From NCBI RefSeq assembly GCF_000009045.1, contig NC_000964.3, forward strand, positions 1,230,001-1,262,000: a stretch of DNA of 32,000 nucleotides, in the 5' to 3' direction. This document shows, piece by piece, positions 1-8,474 of the stretch. The DNA comes from Bacillus subtilis subsp. subtilis str. 168 (GTDB lineage Bacteria; Bacillota; Bacilli; Bacillales; Bacillaceae). The position numbers and the translations under genes are program-made. Each line of letters begins with the position of its first letter. The stretch's first letter is position 1. The notes under the pieces are model-generated. The model worked only from the letters and a program-made list of their open reading frames with translations, was not told the DNA's origin and ran no database searches.

Positions 1-1
1 G

Positions 2-1036
2 AAGCTCGGACTTCAAAAAGCGCCGCATTTTGCCCATAAACAGAACAAGTCCTGCGCCATAGACATCGAGCCGGAAAGCGCCTACCACTTAGAAGGAAAA
101 AGACAGCTGTATGTATGGCTGAAAACGCAACGGGCTTCACCAATATTGGAGCCGTATATAAGGACAATCAACCAAAGACCGGACGTCATGGCAAGAATCA
201 AGGAGCATATGCTTGCTGTTGAATATCAATGCGCCACTATCGCTCCAGATGTCTTTCAAAAGCGGACAGAGGGCTTCAAACAAGAAGGAATCATCCCGCA
301 GTGGATTATGGGATACAGCCGCTTAAAACGGACTGCTTCGTCCTTTTATCAGCTTTCAACTTTTCATTGGCAGTTTATCAATGCAAGTCCATACAGAGAA
401 CTGATATGTTATTGTCCTGAAAGGCGTTCTTTTCTCCGGCTCAGCCACATCATTCCATTCTACACAAACCATTCTTATTCCTCAGTCCAAACGATCCCTA
501 TCCATCGGGCAGGTGCAGGCGATCTTTTTTTCACTGAACCGAAACCCTCAATTCAATATTCAGGCTGGACGAAAGCGATTCACCGTTTTCGCCATAAACC
601 CCATCGGTTTAACTCAAAGGAAACAAATCGCCTTAGGCTGCTGTTTTATGAGAAACGACAGACGCCTTTTTCTTTTCTGCCGACTGAAGTGTTTGTTCCT
701 GTTAGAAAAGGGGCAGTTTTTAAGAGTCCGGTTTTTGTGTGGCAGGGGTTTCTTTATTTGTTTATGACGGATCTTGGAGGTAAACGTGCGCCAATTCGTT
801 TTTCAGCCGTTTTGCAGCAGTGCAAACTGCACATTCATAATAAGAACATTGCACTCAGGTCCGAATGCAGCGAAGAGTGTCTTTCAGAAGCGGTTAAACA
901 GTATATTGATTTTTTGTGCAAGAAGGGATTTTTAAGGGAGACTCAGAAAGAAGTATATGTGCTGAATCAGCCTGCAGGAGGCATACACTCCATGCAGGAT
1001 CTCATAGAAAGAGACCGCAGCTGTTTTATAGAATGA
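2..1036 (+). CDS. coiA: Competence protein CoiA, 5'-truncated by window edge
   Basis: The frame of ORF 146..1036 stays open upstream to base 2 (KLGLQKAPHFAHKQNKSCAIDIEPESAYHLEGKRQLYVWLK...), so the listed Met is internal. Sequence resembles CoiA, including an HFAH zinc/nuclease-like N-terminal motif. Confidence 0.9.
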   Translation, partial: KLGLQKAPHFAHKQNKSCAIDIEPESAYHLEGKRQLYVWLKTQRASPILEPYIRTINQRPDVMARIKEHMLAVEYQCATIAPDVFQKRTEGFKQEGIIPQWIMGYSRLKRTASSFYQLSTFHWQFINASPYRELICYCPERRSFLRLSHIIPFYTNHSYSSVQTIPIHRAGAGDLFFTEPKPSIQYSGWTKAIHRFRHKPHRFNSKETNRLRLLFYEKRQTPFSFLPTEVFVPVRKGAVFKSPVFVWQGFLYLFMTDLGGKRAPIRFSAVLQQCKLHIHNKNIALRSECSEECLSEAVKQYIDFLCKKGFLRETQKEVYVLNQPAGGIHSMQDLIERDRSCFIE

Positions 1037-1082
1037 GTTTGTCTTATTTGGCTCACCCTAAGACAAAGGTGGTGGGCAGGCT

Positions 1083-3095
1083 GTGAAAGGCACAAAAGGA
1101 AAGGTTTTTCGTGTTTTTACTGCTTTTTTGGCATTCGTTCTCTTCATTACTGCATATGATTTGACAAAAGGCAGTGAAAAACCGGAAGATATTCACAACA
1201 CAAGTTTATTGAGAAACAGCTGTTTTTTCAATTGGCTTGAATCAAAGAAGACGAGGGGGATCACCATGGCTGAGGAAAAAAAAGCAAACCAACTGCCTGA
1301 CAGAAGTGAGGTAAAGGCAGAAGACACATGGAGACTTGAGGATATTTTTCCTAGTGATGAGGCCTGGAATAAAGAATTTCAAGCTGTAAAAGAATTAATT
1401 CCGAATTTATCTAAGTATAAAGGAAAGCTGGCAGATTCAGCTGATCATTTATACGAGGCTCTTACGTATCAAGATAAAGTGATGGAGCGGCTAGGTAGGC
1501 TGTACACATATGCGCATATGCGCTCTGACCAGGATACTGGGAACTCCTTTTACCAGGGGCTGAATGACAAGGCGGGAAACCTGTATACACAGGCCGCAAG
1601 CGCGACAGCTTATTTGGTTCCGGAGATTTTATCCATAGAAGAAGACAAACTGCAGCAGTTCATTCTTGAAAAAGAAGAATTGAAGCTGTACTCTCATGCG
1701 ATTGAGGAGATTACAAAGGAACGTCCGCATGTGCTGAGCGAGAAGGAAGAGGCGCTGCTTGCTGAAGCCTCCGAGGTACTGGGGTCATCTTCAAATACAT
1801 TCAGCGTGTTAAATAACGCAGATATAACGTTTCCATCCATTAAAGACGAAGATGGGAATGAAAAACAGATCACTCACGGCAACTTTATTAATTTCTTGGA
1901 AAGTGAAAACCGTGAAGTCCGCAAAAATGCGTTTGACGCAGTGTATAAAACGTACGGACAATATAAAAACACAATGGCCACGACGCTAAGCGGCACTGTG
2001 AAAAAGGACAACTTCTACGCGAGAGTGAAAAAGTACAAGTCCGCGCGTGAGGCTGCGCTTTCTAACAACAGTATTCCTGAGGAAGTATACGATAACCTTG
2101 TTAAGACGATTAATAAGCATTTGCCGCTCCTGCACCGCTATATTGCGCTAAGAAAGAAAGTGCTTGAGCTTGATGAAGTGCATATCTATGACCTGTATAC
2201 ACCGCTTGTGAAAGATGCTGGGATGAAGGTGACATACGAGGAAGCCAAAGATTACATGCTGAAAGGCCTCGCACCTTTAGGGGAAGAATATGCCTCTATC
2301 CTAAAAGAAGGACTGGAAAACCGCTGGGTGGACGTTTACGAAAATAAAGGCAAACGCAATGGGGCTTATTCATCAGGAGCTTACGGCACGAATCCGTATA
2401 TTTTGATGAACTGGCATAATAACGTCAATAATCTCTTTACGCTCGTGCACGAGTTTGGACATTCCGTACACAGCTACTATACGAGAAAGCACCAGCCTTA
2501 TCCATACGGCAATTACAGCATCTTTGTCGCGGAAGTTGCCTCTACGACAAATGAAGCGCTCCTTGGCGAATATTTGCTGAACAATTTAGAGGATGAAAAA
2601 CAGCGCTTATATATTCTCAACCATATGCTTGAGGGCTTCAGGGGAACGGTCTTCAGACAAACGATGTTCGCTGAATTTGAACATCTGATTCATACAAAGG
2701 CGCAAGAAGGCGAGCCGCTTACACCTGAGCTTCTGACAAATGTCTATTACGACCTGAATAAAAAGTATTTTGGAGACGGCATGGTGATTGATAAGGAAAT
2801 CGGCCTTGAATGGTCGCGTATTCCGCACTTCTATTACAATTACTATGTGTATCAGTATGCGACAGGTTACAGCGCTGCCCAAGCATTAAGCAGCCAGATT
2901 TTGAAGGAAGGAAAGCCGGCGGTTGACCGTTATATTGACTTCCTGAAAGCGGGAAGCTCACAATACCCGATTGATGTCCTGAAAAAAGCGGGTGTTGATA
3001 TGACGTCTCCAGAGCCAATCGAAGCCGCGTGCAAAATGTTTGAAGAAAAACTTGATGAAATGGAAGAGCTGCTGATGAAAGTCAAGCAGTCTTAA
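1083..3095 (+). CDS. pepF: Oligoendopeptidase F (M3 family metallopeptidase)
   Basis: 670 aa ORF with zinc metalloprotease motif HEFGH (LVHEFGHSVHSYYTRKHQPYPYG). GTG start at 1083; strong alternative ATG at 1267. Confidence 0.93.
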   Translation: MKGTKGKVFRVFTAFLAFVLFITAYDLTKGSEKPEDIHNTSLLRNSCFFNWLESKKTRGITMAEEKKANQLPDRSEVKAEDTWRLEDIFPSDEAWNKEFQAVKELIPNLSKYKGKLADSADHLYEALTYQDKVMERLGRLYTYAHMRSDQDTGNSFYQGLNDKAGNLYTQAASATAYLVPEILSIEEDKLQQFILEKEELKLYSHAIEEITKERPHVLSEKEEALLAEASEVLGSSSNTFSVLNNADITFPSIKDEDGNEKQITHGNFINFLESENREVRKNAFDAVYKTYGQYKNTMATTLSGTVKKDNFYARVKKYKSAREAALSNNSIPEEVYDNLVKTINKHLPLLHRYIALRKKVLELDEVHIYDLYTPLVKDAGMKVTYEEAKDYMLKGLAPLGEEYASILKEGLENRWVDVYENKGKRNGAYSSGAYGTNPYILMNWHNNVNNLFTLVHEFGHSVHSYYTRKHQPYPYGNYSIFVAEVASTTNEALLGEYLLNNLEDEKQRLYILNHMLEGFRGTVFRQTMFAEFEHLIHTKAQEGEPLTPELLTNVYYDLNKKYFGDGMVIDKEIGLEWSRIPHFYYNYYVYQYATGYSAAQALSSQILKEGKPAVDRYIDFLKAGSSQYPIDVLKKAGVDMTSPEPIEAACKMFEEKLDEMEELLMKVKQS

Positions 3096-3099
3096 AAAA

Positions 3100-3136
3100 G
3101 TAAGCCTGTGCGGAAATGACGCACAGGCTTTTTTAA
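3100..3136 (+). terminator. Rho-independent terminator after pepF
   Basis: AGCCTGTGCG...CGCACAGGCTTTTTT hairpin plus T-run just after the pepF stop. Confidence 0.85.
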
Positions 3137-3300
3137 AACCCTTTAAAGGTTTTCCGGTGATTCAAGCGGTAGAGGGTAAACAAAATAGACAGAAACAGCA
3201 GAGGAGAGGTAATATAAAGCGGCAGCATATGCATCATGCCTAAGATATTCAAGCAGAAAAAAACAGCAATGCACACAATTGAGATCAAAGTAGACATCAT
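3133..3300 (-). CDS. yizD: Small hydrophobic protein (55 aa), YizD-like
   Basis: Reverse-strand ORF MMSTLISIVCIAVFFCLNILGMMHMLPLYITSPLLFLSILFTLYRLNHRKTFKGF preceded by AGGAGGACCGCC (strong RBS). Absent from the supplied ORF track because of length. Confidence 0.75.
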   Translation of the reverse strand: MMSTLISIVCIAVFFCLNILGMMHMLPLYITSPLLFLSILFTLYRLNHRKTFKGF

Positions 3301-3392
3301 GGCGGTCCTCCTCGTCCTTTTTCCTTATAAGGATATGAGTGAATGCACTTCGTTATGTTTTGTGACAAAAATATGAACATTAAGCATAGAGG

Positions 3393-3422
3393 TTGTCAAA
3401 AGTCGACATCTTTTGTTATCAT
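3393..3422 (+). promoter_or_regulatory. SigA-type promoter of the RoxS-like sRNA
   Basis: TTGTCA (3393-3398), 18-nt spacer, TATCAT (3417-3422) with extended TGn element at 3414-3416. Confidence 0.75.
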
Positions 3423-3428
3423 AAGGAT

Positions 3429-3545
3429 GTGAAATTGATCACAAACAAACATTACCCCTTTGTTTGACCGTGAAAAATTTCTCCCATCCCCTTTGTTGTC
3501 GTTAAGACATATGAAACCGCGCTTATCCCGGCGCGGTTTCTTTAG
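3429..3545 (+). ncRNA. roxS: RoxS (RsaE family) trans-acting regulatory sRNA
   Basis: About 115-nt unit with C-rich single-stranded motifs ACAAACATTACCCCTTTG and TTTCTCCCATCCCCTTTG, characteristic of RsaE/RoxS. It lies between yizD and spxH and ends in an AAACCGCGC/GCGCGGTTT terminator. Confidence 0.9.
3514..3545 (+). terminator. Terminator of RoxS
   Basis: AAACCGCGC-TTATCCCG-GCGCGGTTT followed by CTTTAG. Confidence 0.85.
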
Positions 3546-3577
3546 TGCTAAAAATGGAACGTACGTTTGGTTATGGC

Positions 3578-3622
3578 ATAAAAAAACAGCCTCAAGCATA
3601 TGCACGCCTGCGGCTATTTTTC
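3578..3622 (-). terminator. Putative terminator of spxH
   Basis: Minus-strand AGCCGCAGG...CTTGAGGCTG followed by TTTTTTT; imperfect stem next to the spxH stop. Confidence 0.5.
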
Positions 3623-4513
3623 ACATGATTGATATTCATCAGAATAAGTGCTGAGAGACTTCCAAAACATTCCGTGTTTGGCTTCCACTTTGGCAACCTT
3701 TTTAGCAAACGCCAGTTTTTTCATTTCTTTTTCTACCTCTTCAAGGCTCAGGTCATATACAAGAGCAATTTCCTTCGAGGCAACGAAGCGGAAATATTCA
3801 ATAAAACATTCTAAAGGCGGTGTTTCCGACGGCTTCGGCTCGTCGCCAAGCATCTCAAATAAAATTTCTTCATATACATCATATGAGTAGCTGCCAGGAA
3901 CTTTAAGCCCTTCATCCTCATGCTGCGTATTAAAAAACGTCAGTGTCGGATTAACAGAAACATCCATCTCGGCAGCAATTTTCATGTCACATTGAAGCGC
4001 CTTGACCGCGCTTTGAGAATGCAGATCTTTTTTGAATTCTTCAAGATCGAGACTTGTATTTTCAGCAATCTCCAAAAGCACGTTTTCATCCGTAATATTT
4101 TTCTTTGAAACAAATAGGCTCTCCTGCATATTTCTGAGAAATTGCATGCCGGCTTTTCGTCCTTGCAGTTCGGCTGCTTTAAAAGCGAGAGCAGCCATAT
4201 AAGGCGATGAAAGCGGCTGATCCTGTTCGAACCAGACATTGCCGTCACATGACATGCCAGAGCGGCTCGCGATCTTTTCCCATGCTTCTGCGAGAAGATG
4301 CTTTTTTCGCTTTTTATTTAAAGCGGTAAGGCTTGCGGAAGCGATAATGCGTAAGGTGAAAAAACGTCCGTATCTGATTTTCAGCTTTTTGATGACGGGC
4401 TCTAAGGACCAGCATTCAGGACATAAAGGGTCTACAAACATATAAATTTCAAGCGGTTTTTTTGGATGACCGTGGCAATGGGCGAAGTATAGCTCATGCT
4501 GATAGTTTGTCAA
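3614..4513 (-). CDS. spxH: SpxH/YjbH, thioredoxin-like ClpXP adaptor for Spx degradation
   Basis: 299 aa, TTG start, CPEC motif in a DsbA/thioredoxin-like context (YMFVDPLCPECWSLEP) and N-terminal HCHGH. Confidence 0.95.
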   Translation of the reverse strand: MTNYQHELYFAHCHGHPKKPLEIYMFVDPLCPECWSLEPVIKKLKIRYGRFFTLRIIASASLTALNKKRKKHLLAEAWEKIASRSGMSCDGNVWFEQDQPLSSPYMAALAFKAAELQGRKAGMQFLRNMQESLFVSKKNITDENVLLEIAENTSLDLEEFKKDLHSQSAVKALQCDMKIAAEMDVSVNPTLTFFNTQHEDEGLKVPGSYSYDVYEEILFEMLGDEPKPSETPPLECFIEYFRFVASKEIALVYDLSLEEVEKEMKKLAFAKKVAKVEAKHGMFWKSLSTYSDEYQSCEK

Positions 4514-4908
4514 GATGATCGATCCTCCGCTTCCGTTTGATTCACCATATGCCTTGCTGTCAACTCCAGCCGGCCAAACAAAAACTCACGAATTTCGCCC
4601 TCCAGCCCTACATGGTCCATTGCGTCCTTCATACAGCTGAGCCACGCATCAGCTCTCTCGTTTGTAATTGGAAAGGGAAGATGCCTTGCTCTGAGCATAG
4701 GATGGCCGTGTTCCTCAGTATAAAGAGGAGGCCCGCCTAAATACTGAGTTAAGAATTGCTTCTGTTTCCTGGCGGTTTCTGTCAAATCGCTTGGAAAAAT
4801 CGGCTTCAGCAAAGGATGAGACGCGACACGCTCATAAAAAGTATCAACAAGTTGCGATAGAAGTTCCTCTCCAATCGCTTCATAAGGTGCGTTAAACGAT
4901 TGTCCCAT
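4510..4908 (-). CDS. yjbI: Truncated (2/2) hemoglobin YjbI
   Basis: 132 aa with PYEAIGEELLSQLVDTFYERVASHPLLKPIFP and HPMLRARHLPFPI globin signatures; overlaps spxH start. Confidence 0.93.
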   Translation of the reverse strand: MGQSFNAPYEAIGEELLSQLVDTFYERVASHPLLKPIFPSDLTETARKQKQFLTQYLGGPPLYTEEHGHPMLRARHLPFPITNERADAWLSCMKDAMDHVGLEGEIREFLFGRLELTARHMVNQTEAEDRSS

Positions 4909-5130
4909 GTTGACTACTCCTTTAAATATGGCTAATAGGAATCATAAATCCTATTGCAAAAAGTAATTTTCTGTATTTCATTGTTTCATCTAGATTTATT
5001 TTAGCAACAAGGCATCATTTCTACAAACAAACTGCCTTTTATGCGTTTGATGACTCATTTCGGCTGACAGCCGGGGTTTGTATTTCATATCATATCACAT
5101 AAAAATCAGGAATGCGTAAGATTTCACTTC

Positions 5131-5164
5131 GCAAAAAAACCAGAGGGAAAGAGCACCTCTGGTT
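5131..5164 (-). terminator. Terminator of cwlQ
   Basis: Minus-strand AACCAGAGGTGCTCTTTCCCTCTGGTTTTTTTGC. Confidence 0.8.
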
Positions 5165-5897
5165 ACGCGTAATAAACTGAAGTTATTTTTTTTACATAGT
5201 TTTGCGTTTCTTGGAAAGGAGGAATGCCTCCGTATCGGTCAACATTCCCCGGTCCGGCGTTGTAAGCCGCTAATGCCATAGACACATTGCCGTCGTATTT
5301 ATCCAGCATTTGTTTTAAATATTTCGTTCCGCCCTCCACATTTTGCTGCGGATCAAGCGGATTGGAAACGCCAAGTGAGCTTGCTGTTGACGGCATCAGC
5401 TGCATGAGGCCCATCGCACCTGCTCCGCTGACCGCTTTTGCATTAAAGCCTGATTCCTGTTTGATGACGGCGCGGATCAGTTTTTCATCAACGCCATATT
5501 TATCAGCGGCTTTTTTAATCGCACTGTCAATAGAGAAGTCTCCCGAACGGATCTGATTTGCTTCATGTTTGTTTGAAGCTGAATCTGCAACAGCTGTTTC
5601 AGTGCTTTCTGCCGCTTTTGTGACTGAACCTGAATTGCTGCTCGTATATGAGTTAAGCCCATACGCTGAAAGCAGTGACGGCGCTGTTGTATTCGCGCTG
5701 TTCAGCATGCTGAGCGGGCTTGGCGATGAAGAAGGTGCTGATTGCTGAGATGTCAGACCGTTTGTATATTGGCTGAGCAAAGAACTGAAACTTGAAAGCG
5801 GGCTTTCCGTATTCTGAGTGTCCGAGCTGCTGCGTGCATTAGATATGGACTGTAATGCCTGAAGCTGAAGTAATGCTGCCCAATTCGTTACATTCAC
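5163..5897 (-). CDS. cwlQ: CwlQ/YjbJ lytic transglycosylase (SLT domain)
   Basis: C-terminal SLT domain: [43 protein letters not shown]...[21 protein letters not shown]-terminal Ser-rich region; start uncertain. Confidence 0.9.
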   Translation of the reverse strand: MNVTNWAALLQLQALQSISNARSSSDTQNTESPLSSFSSLLSQYTNGLTSQQSAPSSSPSPLSMLNSANTTAPSLLSAYGLNSYTSSNSGSVTKAAESTETAVADSASNKHEANQIRSGDFSIDSAIKKAADKYGVDEKLIRAVIKQESGFNAKAVSGAGAMGLMQLMPSTASSLGVSNPLDPQQNVEGGTKYLKQMLDKYDGNVSMALAAYNAGPGNVDRYGGIPPFQETQNYVKKITSVYYA

Positions 5898-5911
5898 GAT
5901 GTCATTCCACC

Positions 5912-6484
5912 TTATATAGACTTTCGTTTTTCTTCATAAAAACGCAGAATTTTATTTTTGGTTTCGCGCTGAGGAATGCTGAATTGCTGAAGCAGCTTTT
6001 CGAAGGCTTGTCTGCCCTCATGCCAATCCGCCGCCTCAAATTCAATTTCATAGTCCTCTTTATTTAAATATCGGCTGTGGTCTAAAACTATTAAGCCTTT
6101 TTCTGTTTCTTTTTCCGCACGGTTTGTTGCTAAAGATCCAAAGTATTGTATGGCATCCGTATCGATCTGAAGCTTGTGCAGCTGGTCCTTCACAGGGCCC
6201 TCGGGAACTGAAAATCCAGCGAGATCTGATACCTCTGAAAGCTGCTGGTGCGTTTCCAGAAGCCCCACATCAGCCGGCTCCTTTAATGTAAGGACATACT
6301 TTCCGTTTTTTCTGCGGATACGAAGCGCAGCATGTTTTTGTTTCAGCGCGAAGCTGTCTGTATCAAAATAATGATTCTTTTGATCTGTAAAATCTTTTTC
6401 TGTCAGCTGGAGTGCCGATGCTATGTTTTTGAATTCTTGTTTGGTCAGCATGTTTTTAAATTCGATTTCAATCTCTTGGCTCAT
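5912..6484 (-). CDS. yjbK: CYTH domain protein YjbK
   Basis: Starts [10 protein letters not shown] (ExExK signature) with conserved K/R/E pattern ([22 protein letters not shown]). Confidence 0.9.
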   Translation of the reverse strand: MSQEIEIEFKNMLTKQEFKNIASALQLTEKDFTDQKNHYFDTDSFALKQKHAALRIRRKNGKYVLTLKEPADVGLLETHQQLSEVSDLAGFSVPEGPVKDQLHKLQIDTDAIQYFGSLATNRAEKETEKGLIVLDHSRYLNKEDYEIEFEAADWHEGRQAFEKLLQQFSIPQRETKNKILRFYEEKRKSI

Positions 6485-6551
6485 GATGCTCTTCCTTTCC
6501 GCCCTGTAAATCTTATTTTTACTATTATCTCTTTAGATGTTAGGTTTATCA

Positions 6552-6567
6552 ATATCGAGCTCGATAT
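6552..6567. promoter_or_regulatory. Perfect 16-bp palindrome ATATCGAGCTCGATAT, candidate operator
   Basis: Direct reading; lies in the divergent yjbK/yjbL intergenic region. Confidence 0.4.
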
Positions 6568-6608
6568 GATAAAATGAATCTGTACTTTGTTTAAAAAAGG
6601 AGAGCATT

Positions 6609-6977
6609 ATGCAAAACAGAATCGAAATTTTGAATGCAACATTATCGGATGATCAGCTTCGCCTTGCCTGTCAGACAGAAGGAAACGAAGCGGAACGCAA
6701 GCCGTCAGGTCAAATGCTTGTTGATTCTGACCACTTTGCTTTTGTATACATACTTGAATTAGCTGATTCTTTTGAATATGTCATTATAAAGGAACATGTA
6801 TGGCCGGAACTGAAGCAGGCCCATGCACAAAAAATACCGGTTGTTTTAGAGGCAGGAGACCAAACAATTGAACTGGCAGGCCTGCATGAGGAGCTGGAAT
6901 ATCTTTTAGAAAATATAAAAGATAATGCAAACTATGGAGAAGAAATGGAAGAAAAAGTGAAACGCGTGTTTTTATAG
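6609..6977 (+). CDS. yjbL: Conserved protein YjbL, unknown function
   Basis: 122 aa intact ORF after AGGAG RBS; position in the yjbL-yjbM cluster. Confidence 0.85.
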   Translation: MQNRIEILNATLSDDQLRLACQTEGNEAERKPSGQMLVDSDHFAFVYILELADSFEYVIIKEHVWPELKQAHAQKIPVVLEAGDQTIELAGLHEELEYLLENIKDNANYGEEMEEKVKRVFL

Positions 6978-7005
6978 AAACTGGTTCGGAATTGGGGGAT
7001 GTATG

Positions 7006-7641
7006 ATGGATGACAAACAATGGGAGCGTTTTTTAGTGCCGTACCGCCAGGCTGTCGAAGAGTTGAAAGTGAAGCTCAAGGGGATCCGCACACTATATGA
7101 ATACGAGGACGACCATTCACCGATCGAATTTGTGACCGGACGCGTCAAGCCTGTGGCGAGCATACTTGAAAAAGCGAGACGGAAAAGCATACCGCTGCAT
7201 GAAATTGAAACCATGCAGGACATTGCTGGCCTTAGAATCATGTGCCAATTTGTCGATGACATCCAAATCGTAAAAGAGATGCTTTTTGCCAGAAAAGATT
7301 TCACCGTTGTGGATCAGAGGGATTATATTGCGGAACATAAAGAGAGCGGATACCGATCATACCATCTTGTTGTGCTGTACCCTTTGCAGACGGTATCCGG
7401 AGAAAAGCATGTTCTCGTAGAAATACAGATCCGTACACTGGCGATGAATTTTTGGGCGACCATTGAACATTCATTGAATTATAAATACAGCGGAAACATT
7501 CCTGAAAAAGTAAAACTAAGGCTTCAGCGCGCTTCTGAAGCGGCTTCCCGGCTTGATGAAGAGATGTCGGAGATCAGGGGTGAAGTACAGGAAGCTCAAG
7601 CTGCCTTTTCAAGAAAGAAAAAAGGAAGCGAGCAACAATAG
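7006..7641 (+). CDS. sasB: Small alarmone synthetase SasB/RelQ ((p)ppGpp synthetase)
   Basis: RelA/SpoT synthetase motifs: VTGRVKPVASILEKARRK, ETMQDIAGLRIMCQFVDDI, YRSYHLVV, EIQIRTLAMNFWATIEH. Start 7003 or 7006. Confidence 0.95.
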   Translation: MDDKQWERFLVPYRQAVEELKVKLKGIRTLYEYEDDHSPIEFVTGRVKPVASILEKARRKSIPLHEIETMQDIAGLRIMCQFVDDIQIVKEMLFARKDFTVVDQRDYIAEHKESGYRSYHLVVLYPLQTVSGEKHVLVEIQIRTLAMNFWATIEHSLNYKYSGNIPEKVKLRLQRASEAASRLDEEMSEIRGEVQEAQAAFSRKKKGSEQQ

Positions 7642-7659
7642 GTAAAGGGGAAGAAGAGC

Positions 7660-8460
7660 ATGAAATTTGCCGTATCATCAAAAGGAGATCAAGTTTCTGA
7701 TACGCTGAAAAGCAAAATACAGGCGTATTTATTGGATTTTGATATGGAACTGGATGAAAATGAACCGGAAATCGTTATTTCAGTCGGAGGCGACGGAACG
7801 CTTTTGTATGCTTTTCACAGATACAGCGACCGTTTGGACAAAACAGCATTTGTCGGCGTTCACACAGGTCATCTGGGTTTTTATGCCGACTGGGTTCCTC
7901 ATGAAATTGAAAAACTTGTTCTTGCCATCGCGAAAACGCCGTATCATACAGTCGAATATCCGCTTCTCGAAGTCATTGTGACCTATCACGAAAACGAGCG
8001 GGAAGAAAGATACTTAGCTTTGAATGAATGTACGATTAAAAGCATCGAAGGAAGCCTTGTTGCTGATGTGGAAATCAAAGGGCAGCTCTTTGAAACCTTC
8101 CGGGGCGACGGCCTCTGCCTGTCAACTCCATCAGGCAGCACAGCCTACAATAAGGCGCTGGGCGGAGCGATTATCCATCCGTCTATCAGGGCGATCCAGC
8201 TTGCGGAAATGGCTTCAATTAATAACCGCGTGTTCCGTACGGTCGGGTCACCTCTGCTTCTCCCATCCCATCATGATTGCATGATTAAGCCGAGAAACGA
8301 AGTTGACTTTCAAGTGACGATTGACCATTTAACCCTTCTCCATAAGGATGTAAAGTCGATCCGCTGCCAAGTTGCATCCGAAAAAGTGCGGTTTGCGAGA
8401 TTCCGTCCGTTTCCATTTTGGAAAAGAGTCCAGGATTCGTTTATTGGAAAAGGTGAATAG
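7660..8460 (+). CDS. nadF: NAD kinase
   Basis: GGDGTLL motif ([13 protein letters not shown]), [20 protein letters not shown]. Confidence 0.95.
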   Translation: MKFAVSSKGDQVSDTLKSKIQAYLLDFDMELDENEPEIVISVGGDGTLLYAFHRYSDRLDKTAFVGVHTGHLGFYADWVPHEIEKLVLAIAKTPYHTVEYPLLEVIVTYHENEREERYLALNECTIKSIEGSLVADVEIKGQLFETFRGDGLCLSTPSGSTAYNKALGGAIIHPSIRAIQLAEMASINNRVFRTVGSPLLLPSHHDCMIKPRNEVDFQVTIDHLTLLHKDVKSIRCQVASEKVRFARFRPFPFWKRVQDSFIGKGE

Positions 8461-8474
8461 AAAGAGGACATATC

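Noticed and set aside
2607-3018. Antisense ORFs within pepF (91 and 99 aa)
   Set aside because: They overlap the conserved M3 peptidase frame and lack RBS and family features.
3460-3654. 64-aa + strand ORF and 69-aa - strand ORF over the roxS region
   Set aside because: The ORF frame runs through the sRNA terminator and into the spxH 3' end, and the C-rich motifs fit the non-coding RsaE family far better.
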